Of a DNA stretch of 64,000 nucleotides, positions 1 through 13,564 are shown in pieces. This stretch comes from Octopus vulgaris. Lineage: Eukaryota. Under the pieces are notes generated by a model. The model searched no databases, was not told where the DNA came from, and saw nothing but the letters and a program-made list of their open reading frames with translations. Position 1 is the first letter of the stretch. Each line of letters begins with the position of its first letter. The translations under genes were made by a program, and so were the position numbers. The stretch lies in the NCBI GenBank assembly GCA_951406725.2, contig OX597826.1:42842001-42906000 (forward strand), read 5' to 3'.

Positions 1-425
1 TAGTCTGCAGATAATGTATCTCACATATAGTAACAACACTTAGATGATAATTTGATAAAATTTCTTAGATTATATATATGTTTTTCCGCCCTTGTTCTCA
101 TATACATTCGATGCTTTTTTCCAAGGAATCTAATGCTCTTAGCTTAGTTTTTCCTTGGGGATGGCCAGATTGGAGCAATCTCAAGATTAATCAGCCGAAA
201 TTGCGAGGATGATCTGGTTCTTGACTGAGGACCCGTCCTTGTCTTTTTGTATCGGCTATCTGGATGTTTTGTTGTCCCTTTTTGTATCATCTAGTTGTCC
301 GGATGTTTTGCGTTCTTGTTCCATTTTGTATTTTATTTTATTTATATATATATCAGCGGTGGTGCCCCAGCATGGCTGCGGCCTTTGGGCTAAAACATTT
401 TTAAGGATATATATATATATATATA

Positions 426-652
426 CAGGGTTGGCCAACAGTCATCTGACAGTAAATCAAAATTCCATAAATACTATCTGTAATTCTGTATTGACTCGAA
501 TGGAAAAATGTGTCGCTCAAGGACTTCAGTTTGGACAATTTTCATGATGTTTCATATTTAGATGCTTTTATTAAATTCATTCAATTGTTAAACATAAATA
601 AATCTTGGAATTAAATGTTTTTGATTTACTGTCAAGTGACTTTTGGCCAACC

Positions 653-655
<3 letters not shown>
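426..655. mobile_element. MITE, Tc1/mariner type
   Basis: About 37-bp TIR cagggttggccaacagtcatctgacagtaaatcaaaa / ttttgatttactgtcaagtgacttttggccaaccctg, TA on both sides, inside a (TA)n run. Confidence 0.88.
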
Positions 656-695
<40 letters not shown>

Positions 696-785
696 TTACT
701 TTGTCAAATGAAATACTTATTTATTCATATTGTTTTGAAGTGGTCATGTATTTTCTTGTAGCTTTGAGATTTTGATGATGTCACC

Positions 786-1316
786 ATCATCATTGTTTAA
801 CGTTCGTTTTCCATGCTAGCATGGGCTGGACGGTTCAACTGGGGGTCTGGGAAGCCAGGAGGCTGCACCAGGATCCAGTCTGATCTGGTACTGTTTCTAC
901 AGCTGGATGCCCTTCCTAATACCAACCACTCTGTTAGTGTAGTGGGTGCTTTTTACGTGCCACCGCCACAGGGGCCAGAGGAGGCTGGCAAACGGCCATG
1001 ATCGGTTGGTGCTTTTTACATGTTACCAGCATGGACGTCAGTCAAGGCGGGGCTGGCATCAACCATGTTTGGATGGTGCTTTTTACGTGCTACTGGCATG
1101 GGTATCACAACTACAATTTCCCTTGATTTTCATGTTGATGTAAATGTACTTGACTCAATAGGTTTCCTGAAGCACAGTGGGTCACCCTACGATCCAAGGT
1201 TAGCACAGCAGGCCGTCCTGTGAGCCATGAACTCACTTCATTTGTCGGGTCTTCGCAGTCACAGCATATCTCAGGGGTCTCGGTCTTTTTTCATTGCCTC
1301 TGTGAGGCCCAACGTG
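786..1316 (-). mobile_element. Retroposon family B with (GAT)n tail and internal ggtgctttttacgtgccacc subrepeats
   Basis: Shared end catcatcgtttaacgtccgttttccatgctagcatgggt and core ctacagctggatgcccttcctaa. Copies at about 1965-2348(+), 4538-4841, 15573-15880, 20511-20808, 29949-30267(+), 36078-36405 and 47014-47299(+). Confidence 0.8.
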
Positions 1317-1420
1317 CTTACCAGTTTGAACATAAAACAAATAAAATATTTTGGCCTGATTCAGCTGGTTGAAATGTTAAAGGGTTAAACAATGATATGT
1401 GATATATATATATATATATA

Positions 1421-1703
1421 TATGGAGGAGCAATGGACTCACAGTCAGAGCATCGCAGTTTCGATTCCCAGACCGGGCGTTGTGTGTGTTTATTGAGCGA
1501 AAACACCTAAAGCTCCACGAGGCTCCGGCAGGGGTGGTGGCGACCCCTGCTGTACTCTTTCGCCGCAACTTTCTCTCACTCTTTCTTCTGTTGGCCTGCT
1601 CGCTTAGCCAGCGGGGTGGCGTCATTTGAAGGCTAAAACAATGCGAAGTGCATTGTGACCAGCGATGTGTAGCAACATCTGATAGCCTGGTCGGTCATGT
1701 GAT
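1421..1703 (+). mobile_element. SINE family D inserted in (TA)n
   Basis: gtttcgattcccagacc, ttattgagcgaaaacacctaaagctccacgaggctcc and aactttctctcactctt are shared with copies at about 16345-16650 and 20025-20205. Confidence 0.72.
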
Positions 1704-2837
1704 ATATATATATATCTTCTATATGAAATATGGAAATTTGCAGGCTATACGAAATGCATTCCTGGTTGTTAACAAACTGTTATAGGTCATGGACAAAAAG
1801 CAGGTGCAGGCATATCTGTGTGGTAAGCTTGCTTCTCAATCACATGGTTTTGGTCCCACTGTGTAGAGCCTTGAGCAAGTGTCTTCTACTATAGCCCTAG
1901 GCCAACCAAAGGCTTGTGAATGGTTTTAGCAAATGGAAACTGAAAAAAGCGAAGACCTGTTGGGGCAAGTGAAATCGAAATTGAACCAAATTCGATGACC
2001 GGCGGGTTCACTGACAGAGCAGCTGCCTGGGTTTCGTGCTGGTGGCACATAAAAAGCAGCATTTGAGTGTGATCGTTACCAGCGACGCCTTACTGGCACT
2101 TGTGCAAGTGGCATGTAAAAAACACCACTTTGAGCATGGCCGTTGCCAGTACTGCCGGACTGGCCCTCGTGCCAGTGGCACGTAAAAGCACCCACTACAC
2201 TCTCGCAGTGGTTGGCGTTTGGAAGGGCATCAAGATGTAGAAACTCTGCCAGATCAGATTGGAGCTTGGCGCAGCCACCTGGCTCACCAGTCCTCAGTCA
2301 AATCGTCCAACCCATGGAAAAAAGATGTTAAATGATGATGATGATGATATATAAAATGTGCAATAAGTATGTGATGTATCCTGCAGTCCATTAGGTATTT
2401 TGAGTTTTTACACATCAGACACCCTCACACAGGTAACCCAGCCAGAGTTGACCAAGCTCCAATTTATGTCCAGTTAGAACTACCCACTTCTAGGGCTTGC
2501 ACTTCCTGATCTATAATTACCTTGATGAATCCTCTTTGAGGTCCTTTGTGATGACAAACAGGTTGTAAACTCTGCATAGAAATATTATCTGAATAATTCA
2601 TTTCAAAATATAGGAAAACTGTAAGATTTTTAATGTGAACTTGTGTGTGCTGAAACAGATTTTTGTTGTGTCTGGGACGGTCAATATGCCAATAATAAAC
2701 GCATGCACTGCTGCTGAAGAGAGAGAATTATTCATGAAGTCAATAAGAGCAATGAAAGGACTCTGATAAATCCAGCTGCTTGATTGATTGACTGAACGAA
2801 TAATCAAACAATCAATTAATTAGTTAATTGGTTTGCT

Positions 2838-3224
2838 ACTCTCTTTTACTCTTACTTGTTTCAGTCATTTGACTGTGGCCATGCTGCAGCACCGCCTTTA
2901 GTCGAGTAAATCGACCCCAGGACTTATTCTTTGTAAGCCTAGTACTTATTCTATCAATCTCTATCGCTGAACCGCTAAGTTATGGGGATGTAAACACACC
3001 AGCATCGGTTGTCAAGCGATGTTGGGGTAACAAACACACATACATATATATACATATATACGACGGGCTTCTTTCAGTTTCCGTCTACCAAATCCACTCA
3101 CAAGGCTTTGGTCGGCCCGAGGCTATAGTAGAAGACACTTGCCCATGGTGCCATGCAGGGGGAATGAACCCGGAACCATGTGGTTGGTAAGCAAGCTACT
3201 TACCACACAGCCACTCCTGCGCCT
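2838..3224 (-). mobile_element. tRNA-derived SINE family C
   Basis: On the minus strand: head gtggctgtgtggtaag...gggttcattccc, core gggcaagtgtcttctactatagcc, internal TA/TG run, tail cagtcaaatgactgaaacaagtaagag; many partial copies. Confidence 0.8.
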
Positions 3225-3322
3225 AGTTGACTAATAATAATAAAAGAAGTGAAACGGAACTAGTGTGTGCTTACTGTTGGCATAATGACTTTCTTGAGAT
3301 AAAACAAAATGGTTACATAAAA

Positions 3323-3554
3323 GGCGGCGAGCTGGCAGAGTCGTTAGCATGCCGGGCAAAATGCTTAGCGGTATTTCGTCTGCCGCTACATTCTGAGTTC
3401 AAATTCAGCTGAGGTTGACTTTGCCTTTCATCCTTTCGGGGTCGATTAAATAAGTACTAGTTACGCACTGGGGGTCGATATAATCGACTTAATCCGTTTG
3501 CCTGTCCTTATTCGTCCCCTCTGTGTTTAGCCCCTTGTGGGTAGTAAAGAAATA
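3323..3554 (+). mobile_element. tRNA-derived SINE family A, full-length with TSD
   Basis: Head ggcggcgagctggcagagtcgttagc, B-box-like gagttcaaat, core gcctttcatcctttcggggtcgat; TSD ggttacataaaa. Other copies at about 8450-8633, 34945-35630 (three), 40197, 42890, 43670, 45324 and 48390. Confidence 0.85.
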
Positions 3555-3933
3555 GGTTACATAAAACTTTGACTAACTGAAATGATGCCTCTCTCTAAAC
3601 CAGAATCTAATGCATATGGCTCATGGTTTCCAATTATTTACTTCAAATTCAATATTAATGTGTAAGAGTAAAATAATGGACTCAGCTCTTCAACTATAAC
3701 TCATTCCTCCTTTCTGATAACTATTTTAATTATTTCTAAATATATTATAAGTTTGTGGAGGTGTATGACTTAGTGGTTGGGGTGTTGGCTCATGAGCGTA
3801 AGATTGTGGTTTCAATTCCTGGACTGGGTGATATATTGTGTGCTTGAGCAAAACACTTCTTTCATGATATTTCAGTTCATTCAGCTGATAAGGATGAGTA
3901 ATCTTTCAACTGGTCAATGTCCCATCCAGGGAG

Positions 3934-3984
<51 letters not shown>

Positions 3985-4874
3985 AGAGAAACTTGAGAGC
4001 AATGTGGATAAACCATATATAACTATATCAAGTACACACAAATATAAGTTTTAAAACTATCTTTTTACTACTGGCAAATAATTTTAGGAATAAAATGAAT
4101 TTCAAACAAGAGAATATTTTAAAAGTCAATTATATTATATGGTCCTGCCAGAATTGTTAGATAGTTTCTTCACAGTATACAAATCAATTCTGTTATGAAT
4201 TTTATTAGCCAGCTTTTGCCAACCAAACTGATAACATTAAAAATAGACACCAAAACTCTAAATCTTGTTTTGTTTAATATCAGTTCTTTTTCTGTGTTGG
4301 TATGCTTTGATGGGAGGAAACTGAGGTAAGATTTTATGGCTTGACACACTTCCTGTCACCATGACTAGTTTTGCAAGTAAGAGATTTTACTGTAATTTCA
4401 GAGGAATTTGAATGTACAGAAATTGCAGATCATTTGTTGACTGAAAATGTCAATGAAGGACACTGGTTGCAGTTCAGACATAGCCCAACATTCACACATA
4501 GATATACATATACAAATACACACACATACACATATATCATCATCATCATCAACGTTTAACGTCCGTTTTCCGTGCTAGCACGGGTTGGATGGTTCGACTG
4601 GGGTCTGGGAAGCCAGGAGGCTGCACCAGGCTCCAGTCTGATCTGGCAGTGTTTCTACAGCTGGATGCCCTTCCTAACACCAACCACTCCGTGAGTGTAG
4701 TGGGTGCTTTTTACGTGCCAGGGGAGTCTGGCAGCAGCCACGATCAGTTGGTGCTTTTTACGTGCCACCGGCACAGAAGCCAGTCAAGGCAGCGCTGGCA
4801 TCGGCCACATTCAGATGGTGCTTTTTATGTGCCACCGGCACATATATATATATATATATATATACTTATACATA

Positions 4875-5090
4875 TAAGGAGGTGCTGAAAAGTTCCTGGC
4901 TTTGGGTAAAAGAAAATACAGTAGTATCAATTAATTAGGATTTTATTCAACATATTCCCTTCTCAGATTCACATGCTTATTTGCAGCAGTCTTTCAATTT
5001 TTCTAAGTCCTGTAAAAGAACTTGGATGGGCCTCCAACTGAGCCTTTTGTGATACTCTCAAAGCCAGGAACTTTTCAGTACCCCTTCATA
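4875..5090. mobile_element. MITE, mariner type
   Basis: TIR ggtgctgaaaagttcctggcttt / aaagccaggaacttttcagtacc with TA flanks; a truncated second copy lies at 16731-16808. Confidence 0.85.
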
Positions 5091-5595
5091 CATAGATACA
5101 CACATATACTTCCATCAATTTCTGTTTACAAAAGCCTCTTGAAGAGAAATGGTCAAAGGCTACAGTGGCAGCCATTTGCTGAGTGTGCCACTGAACTCAG
5201 ATCCACATAGTTAAAAAGAAAATTTCTTAACTACATTACTATGTCTGCTTTTGACAATAAATATTCTATTTCACTTCATGGAATTTTTTTTTCCTTCACA
5301 ATTGAAAGCCAAATGAAAATTGATGTGTTTAGAAAAGTAGTAACCAAACAGCTTCAATTATTTGCACAATTCAATTAAAATTACTTGTTATAACTGAAAT
5401 TCTTTTGTTTTGAAATGGTATAGATGACATCCATAATTTGTGGCATCAGAATATTTGACAGGTCACACCACATAGACTCTGCAAACACATACAGACAGCT
5501 GCTCTTAAAATGAAATATAAATTTAATATAAAATCCTTGTTGTAAATCAAATATATTGAAAATCTGAAGTAATGAAAGTTAAATGCTGAAACCTT

Positions 5596-5631
<36 letters not shown>

Positions 5632-5674
5632 ATAATAATTATATATAAAATAAATAAATAAAACAAATGATAGG

Positions 5675-5698
5675 TTTAATAAAAATTTATTCTGTACA
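5675..5698 (-). promoter_or_regulatory. Candidate distal polyadenylation signal of the Fat gene
   Basis: Minus strand reads UGUACAG-AAUAAA-UUUUU-AUUAAA followed by U-rich and (GU)n sequence, at the end of a TE-poor, U-rich tract. Confidence 0.35.
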
Positions 5699-7445
5699 GA
5701 TGATGTGAAATGCCATTAAAAGCTTCAGACTGTTTTTGTGATTGGTATTAGCACTTATTTAGTGTAGAAGTGGAGGGGGTCAGGGGTGAGTAGGTTATTG
5801 AAATGACTCATATAGCATATATCTTTTCTTGTATTAGTATACACATACACACACACATATACACACGCATCTATACATACATACATACAATGAAAACAGT
5901 CAGAATAAAATTCTAGCTTTGGAAATGAAATATTATTTTCTCCAACTAAATTTGCTTCTAAAAAAAAAAAAAAAAAAAAAAGAAAAAAAGTGATGAAAAC
6001 TTCAAAATAATTTCTGAGAAATGTTAGCAGGATCTCTTTTAACCATTTTTTTTTTTTCATAAATGTTTCTTTTATAAAATCTAAATTATTTCAAGAAACA
6101 GAACAAAGGGAAATAATCATTGACAGCAAAATAAGAGTTATATTTTCTCATTTCATTTGTGTTTTGCATGTGGGTGTTTGAATAATATAAAAAAAAACCA
6201 AAAAAAAAACCCCAGCCCAGAAGGTTCTTTAAAAATTTAAATTTTCATTTAGTTTAACAAGATATGCAAATATTGTGCTAAGAAGAAAAAAAAAAGGCCC
6301 CCAAAGAAGGAATTGAACAAAATTTCTGCTGAACAAAGAAGCCGTATTGTGTGGTCTGTCATTGCTCCTCTCTATCAACTCCTTAACAATTACACATGAA
6401 GCTGAAGCTCTTGTTGTATTAGATGTTAATTATAATAATAAAGCTACAACAAATGAAGTCATTACTAGAGCTGAACTATCTAAAAGTACATATTTTCATT
6501 CATTTCAAATTTCAATCACGTTGTATTTTTATAAAATACAGTTAACTTTGGTTACAAATGGGAAAATTAAGAAGTCTGAAGAAAAGAATACTTTCAAATT
6601 AAAACAGCTGAAATGAATAGAAAAATTCAGAGCAAAACTGGGTAGGATTTAATGTTCACTAAAGTGAAATTATTTTTGTTTTACCATGATAAAAATAGTA
6701 AATATGTGTTTTTATTTTTATTTATTCAGAGCTATACCAATAGGACAACATAGCTTAGAAGTCAGAAAGCAGAGGAAAACATATTCATTTACTTTTTTTA
6801 ATAACTTTAATTAATTTAAATAAAAATTCAAAATTAGAAAGAATGAAATAATCTAAATACACGAAAAATGAAAAAAATGATTTGTCAGTTGTTTTATTAT
6901 TATTGGGTTAAAAAGAAAATCAACTGTGAACTTTTAAGCTTTCACCATTGAGTATGAATTAAAATTGTGAATTGTATATTTGTGCCTACATGGTAGACAG
7001 CTACCATAGTGACAACAGCAAAAATATCTTGTCATTGCTGTCAACACTATTTTTGTTAGCTAAGATTCAAGGTTAACATTCCAAGAGAAAAGAAGGTTGG
7101 AAGACAACATGTGGAACTGTCAAAAAATAATTTCAAGAGGTTTTATTATTAGATTTAATTAACATAGCAGTTGAAGTTTTGAGTTCAGCTGCTTGAAAGG
7201 AAACATTTACTTTGTAATTCTAGCTTTAAATTCTTTTAAAATTTGTTTATTTATGAAGTATTAAATTCATTAGAAAACATCTTAATATTATCATTAACTT
7301 GTTGCTAGAATATATATATATATATATATATGTTTGTTTATGCCATAAGAATTTAGTAACTTTGAGAGAAATGAAATAAATCAGTTTTAGTGATGGTACT
7401 CAAAGTAGATAAGGCTATAAATAATAGCATAGCATTTAAGTATTG

Positions 7446-7605
7446 GGTTAAAGGACCCCTTGGAAGGAAAAAGTTGAAGGCTCGCAGTGGAACTTAAACT
7501 TACATCTTTTGTAAACATGACATACACTCCACCATTATACAAATGATGGGGATTCGACTCCCACAGGGAGCCTTTAACTTTTCCCATCCAAGGGGATCTT
7601 TAACC
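7446..7605. repeat. Inverted repeat (about 45-bp arms), probable MITE
   Basis: ggttaaaggaccccttggaaggaaaaagttgaaggctcgcagtgg versus ccacagggagcctttaacttttcccatccaaggggatctttaacc. Confidence 0.75.
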
Positions 7606-10600
7606 TGATATTTACACTATTTGTTCTTTTATTAGTTTGTCATTTGACTGTGGCCATGATGGAGCACTGCCTTGATGCTTGAAGCACATTTATATTTTAC
7701 TTATTTGGAATTCTACCATTACTGATATGCATGTGTGTGTGTGTGTGTATATATAATCAGGACAACTAAATATTTTGTTAAAGTTATTTCTTAACATTCC
7801 AAACTGGTTTCTGTCAACAAGAATTATACTTAGAACTTGAATTAAACGTTAAAGTGAAATCTATAATCTAATTTAGCTATTCTATTTTAATTTCTGTAGT
7901 TTATTTTTTTTTAATATTGTTCTAGCAGATACAGTTTCAGCTCTTAAATATTTTCATCAACATGGCACAGACATGGTTAAGAAGCTCACTTTGCAACCAT
8001 GCAGTTTCAGGTTCACTCCCACTGTACAGCACCATGGGAAAATGGAAAATGTCTTCTACTATAGTCCCTGACCAACTAATGACTTGTGAGTGAATTAGGT
8101 AGATGGAATGTGTGTGTCATGTATGTGTCTTTGTGTCTGTCCTATGCTATTTGACAACTAGTGTTGGTTTGTTTACAACCCTTAACTTAGCAGTTTTCTA
8201 AAAGAAGCTGATAAAATAAGTACCACACTGGAGTGAATTTGTTTGACTAAACCCTTCAAGGCAGTGCTCCAGCATGGCTGCAGTCTAATGGGTGAAACTA
8301 TAACCAATGACTAACAAAGTATTCTTTTTAAAAAATTGGGTTGCTACTTGTGGGATGAATGCTCTGATGGAACTGGGTATTACTTACTCAACATTACCAT
8401 ACAATAAACTTGTGTGTAATAAATATTGGTTTCAAATTTTGGTAGAAGGCCAGCTGTTTTGGTGAGAAGGGGGAAAGCTGATTACATCAACCCCAGTGCT
8501 CAACTGGTACTTATTTTATCAACCCTGAAAGGAAAAGTCAACCTCAGCAGAATTTGAACTCAGAAAGTAAAGACAGATGAAATACTGCTAAACATTTTGC
8601 CCAGCATGCTAACAATTCTGTTAGCTTGCCACCTTGTGTAATAAATATTACAAGTTTGGGAACATAACTTTACTGGCTTGCTATATTACACTCAAATAAT
8701 CATTAAGGAAATAATACTGTATATGTCCATATATATATATATATATATATATAACACATACACACGTTTATAATATATGTATGTATACACAATATTATTA
8801 ACATGACACATGTAGAGTTGGGCATGCCACAGGAGGTGGAACTGGAAGTCGGTCCACTCCAATATAATAGCATAAAAGATTTAACCCTATAACCAGTACA
8901 GTCTCCGTTCATTAGTGACTGTTCGTTATTACTTATAGCTATATACGAGTTCCTTCAGCTTCATAATTTCATGTCAGCTTTTCATGCTAGCATTGAGTTG
9001 GATGGGTTGTTATGGTCCAAATCGGTTCTTATTCAGAGTTACTGCCCCTGTGGACTGGTCAGAGGTCCATATTTTGTTTGTATGGTTTACACACACACAC
9101 ACACATATAACTACCATCAGCTATAACTTGAGCCAACAAGAGATCTTTTAATTTAACAAGGGAGCGTCTTGAGTCAGCATGGTTGCTGACTTGCTAGAAA
9201 TAGCAATCAAAATTTTTCTAAAATCATACTCTACCATCTTAGAAGAAGAAAAGACATTTAAAAATGTAGTCCTAGATGCCCATAGACTACAATGTCTTTG
9301 ATCATAGGCCAGCTTGATCAGAGCTGAGCTGGTCTAGATGATGACAGTATAAAGCACATAAAACTTGTTAATCTAAATGAAAATCAAATCAATCTTGAAG
9401 AGAAAAAATTATGAAATCATTAAAAGTGATTTTAAAATTCTTATAATTCGACTTTATTGTTTCTAAAATATACTTTTAATATCATTAGGTGTATGGGTTG
9501 GCTGGTCTTGCAAAACTTAATACTTTTATGAACTATAGAAGCTTGTTTTGACATATTTTAAGAACTGATGTTTATCCTATGCTAATTAATCAATCATCTA
9601 TAATATGGGAGTATTACCTATATACATCAGAATTAAATGAGACAAGCAGATGTATGTCAATAAAATTCACAGCACATGTCTGTCTGTGATGAGATTTGAT
9701 CTCATGACCTTTGGGCTGGTAGTGTAGCACCTTAATAATATAAGTGTTGCAACTATGATTAAAATTATTTCTATACAACATAATACTATGACTCCCACCC
9801 TGATTAAGAACGTTAATTACAAGTCTTATTATGTGTAAGATGAATGTCAATGTGATTAGATGAAGAAAGATTTCGGTTGAGATGTTGTACCCCAGGAAAT
9901 CGTTTAGGAATATAGAATGAATAAATAAAATAAAAGTAAAATAATTTAGTTGTATAAAATACAAAGTTTGTCTGTGAAATAAACTAAAGCTCGTTTTCTT
10001 ATGAATCAAATCAATTTTAGAAGGTAATAATATTTGAAATTCCTGATTGTTTTTTAGCTTTTTCTTCTATCAAACAAAATGTTAGAGAAACATATGAAAA
10101 TTAATAAATACATTAAAAAAAATCATGCCGTAATTCTTTAAAAAATTTTTGATCTTTGGCATAGTACTGGAACTGTTTATGAAAGAAAAGTACTTTATAA
10201 CCAATATATATTTGATGGAAAGAACATAAATATCACTAATTAAAAAAAAAAAAAATTAAACTAGAATTATTCTGATGTTTCCATCTGAAATTGCCAAAGA
10301 GGACCAGACATATTTTCTCGGAAATGGTTTTTTTTTTTTGTTGTTCTTTTACTCCGTCTACAACAGTTTCCAGAAAGCAATAATCAGTTTATTTAACTGG
10401 CATTGTTATTCTAGAAAAATAATAAACAGCCTTACATGTTTATCAAGTTTTAAGTAGAGAAGGGAAGACAGTTCCGTTATCTGGTATATAAGTAGCCAGC
10501 ATTATTATTTTGTCTGAGACAGAATCATTAATGGAATTGGTCAAGTTTGCTTAATGGTTGTAAGTCAACACTAATTACTGCAATCGTACAAAAGTGTTGA

Positions 10601-10614
10601 ATACACCATATTAC

Positions 10615-10672
<58 letters not shown>

Positions 10673-11463
10673 GTATGCTTAAGATTAGACAGATTTTTAT
10701 TTAATGAATCATCGTGTGTTGCAGGAAAAAAAAATGTTATTTTTCTTTTGAAACTTCTCTTCGTGTTTTGATCCCTGTAAGCTCACAGTATAAAAAAATG
10801 CTGATCAAACATTGTTGCTGAGACAGAGTTGAATATATTATATTATATTATATATTATATATTTAAAAAGATGTCACAAATTATCAAATATAGCAATTGT
10901 GTTTATCTGTTTACGTTTTGTTGGGGGGTTTGGAGAGCTGGAGATATAAATAAAAATTGCTTGCAATGAATCGTTTTTTTTTTTAATTCTTTCTTTCTTT
11001 CTTTCTTTCTTTCTTTCATAAACAACATGTCTGTCAAGACTGGAAAATAGAATTTGAGATAGCAGATAAACTGTATGGGGGGTGGGATATGAAAAAAAAA
11101 ATGATTATTTAACTGTTGAAAGCACATCAAATCAAGTCACTGCATAAAGAGGACTTAATAATAACAGTGGTTCAGTGAAAATGAATAAGATAAAATTGAG
11201 AAATATAATATTTATATATATTGACAATAAACTCCAGTACTTTAAGCATCTTGAGATGATGTTAGTTTTCTTGCCATCTTCCACAGCCAGTATGTATTAG
11301 CAGTGACTAGCTTTTCCTTTCTTCCTGGAAGAAATATGAACATCAAAGCAGTACTAACTGCAACTATACTCCTTCTAGATCAGTTCGGACATTTAAAAAA
11401 AAAAAAGCATAACATACCAAATAAAATACAGTCGAGTTACAAACTGGAACTCGCTAAATTTTA

Positions 11464-13154
11464 TCATACATATTCCTCATCTGATTTTGCCCCAACATTT
11501 GTAACAACTTCAGGCTGCAAATTTTGGCTTTGCTCATTGTCCGGCAATGATGCAATATCTTTAAAAACACCAACTAATTTTTCAAAATTTGGCCCCCACG
11601 TAAGCAAATAATCTAAGTCAAATGAACCTACAGTACCTCGATTCTTTGATTTGTCTTCATCAGAAGATACAAGGGTGCTATATGATTCACCGGCAGAATC
11701 TAAGCCGTCGTAATCAAATGTTCTATTGTCTACAGGGCTCTCATCATTTTCATTCTCTACTTCAGTTAGTTTTGAATATATCATTGAGCCAGGCTCAAAG
11801 TCATTACGGACTCGTTCAGTGTCATATTCAAATTCTGAACAAGTAAAAGAGTCATTAGCACTTCCATTTGAGCTAGAATCTTGAGCATCCAGCAGACCAC
11901 TACTATTTAGGTTATCACTTGCTTTGCCCCATTTAGCAATGTTCTCATCACTTGAACTTACTGATTCTCGCATACTTTCAGGATTTGTAGAATCAGGACA
12001 AGTGTTTAGTCTATTTACTTCTTCTACAGTGAATCCTTTCATACGATTCCCTCTACCATTATTAGAGCTACTTCTTGGAGCTGGCTGAGGCTTTAATGCA
12101 ACTTTAGGTTTAGATTTGCCAGGTTTTCCTGTGCAGTTGTCTGAGGATGCTGAGTGTGAATTCCAATGATTATTTGAACTGGAGGTCAGTACACTGGGGT
12201 TTTGATGTGCCAGAAGATTCATTGGGCTTTGTCTAACTCCTACAGGTGCAGGGCTGCTGCGAGCTAAGTTGTTGAGATGCATCGGGCTACTGCGAGCTGG
12301 TACAGATAAAGGTCCATTATAATTTAAAGCGTTTGAAGCTGGAACATTACTGGACCACATCATATTTTGTTGAGGATTTGCAATATAAGGATGTCGATAA
12401 GTAAGGAGATTAGAATTAGGTTTATATTTATTGACTTTGCCATCTCGAAATCCTTTATAATGAGTGACAATATCAATATCCGAAGGCGCTATACTGCTGG
12501 CATTCTCTAAATCGTAATGTTCTGGTACATCATCATTGAGGTGAACGCTTTGAGAAAGATCACCATTTTCAATTATTACAGTTCCATCTTCCATTTCAAG
12601 AGGCACCACAGGGTGGCTTTCAGATTCAATAATATCAGGCCTTGGCATACAGCTATTATCATGGGCTTTTTGAGCTAATTCTTCAAGAATATGATTACGG
12701 ATAATTATTTCATCCGGTATACCGTTTCCTTCCACATATTCCGCCTCACTGTAGGTCTGACTGCTGGTTTTTAAATTACTATTTTTCCTTCTCTGATGGC
12801 AAAATTTATTCAACATTCCAGATTTGTTGTTCTTATTATGTTGCTGATCGATGTGCCGCCGTCGCCGATAGAACACAATGAGACCAACAATAATCAAGAT
12901 TAAGATTAGAAGAATTAATAGCGGAAGTAAAATCTTCAGCAGCAAGCCAAGGTCTACTGATGAGTAAGGGAGACATTTGTATGTCGACGCGTCTATTTCA
13001 CATGTCATACCACTTTCACAAGGATTGGTAGCACACAAGCTTGGGCAGTTGGAACTGACGTTTCCTACTGGACTCACATCAAATCTATCCGTAGATCCAC
13101 CAAATGGCATTTTCTGACCATTGAGAAAGAAATCTTCTAAACAACCTTCAAAAC
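11464..13154 (-). CDS. FAT4: Fat-like cadherin terminal coding exon (end of LamG2, EGF, TM helix, whole cytoplasmic domain)
   Basis: cag acceptor; (G)FEGCLEDFFLNG...CATNPC...LLLKILLPLLILLILILIIVGLIVFY-RRRR...PEHYDLENASSIAPSDIDIV...DSFTCSEFE...WGPNFEKLVGVFKDIA...EEYV then TGA. Confidence 0.96.
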
Positions 13155-13564
13155 CTGAAAATAAACAAGAGAAAAGTACAATGAGCATGGGTGAAATTTG
13201 ATGTAATTTATTGGATAAACATTAAAACATTTCGGTACTTGATAAAAGTTAATTAAAATGTCATTTATTGATAATTATAAAACTGGTACTAGAAACATTC
13301 TTATCATTATCATCATCATTCTGTAATGTTCATTTTTTCATGCTTTGCATGGTTCAGTTGGAATTTATTGAGGAAGATTTTCTATGGTTGGATGCCCTTT
13401 CTGTTGCCAACTATTACCAGTTCCTAGGTTAGAATGCATTATAATAGGTGCAGGCATGGGTCTGTGGTTTAGAAGTTTGCTTCCTAACCACATGGTTTCA
13501 GGTTCAGTCTCACTGCATGACATTCTGGGAGACAGAAACTGAAAGAAGTTTGTCATACATATAT

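Noticed and set aside
940-1100. Spaced ggtgctttttacgtgc repeats resembling a CRISPR array
   Set aside because: Eukaryotic context, no cas genes, and the units are internal subrepeats of a dispersed retroposon.
813-1223. Recurrent ORFs with GSGKPGGCTR...LQLDALPN (also at 4589, 20554, 36125)
   Set aside because: They look like a gene family but are frames through retroposon family B, with inconsistent starts and stops.
3323-3410. tRNA-like A/B boxes at SINE heads
   Set aside because: No complete cloverleaf; they continue into SINE core and tail with TSDs, so they are not tRNA genes.
11303-11846. Plus-strand ORFs overlapping Fat exons (also at 25076, 31399, 37081)
   Set aside because: These are antisense shadows of the coding exons with no independent protein features.
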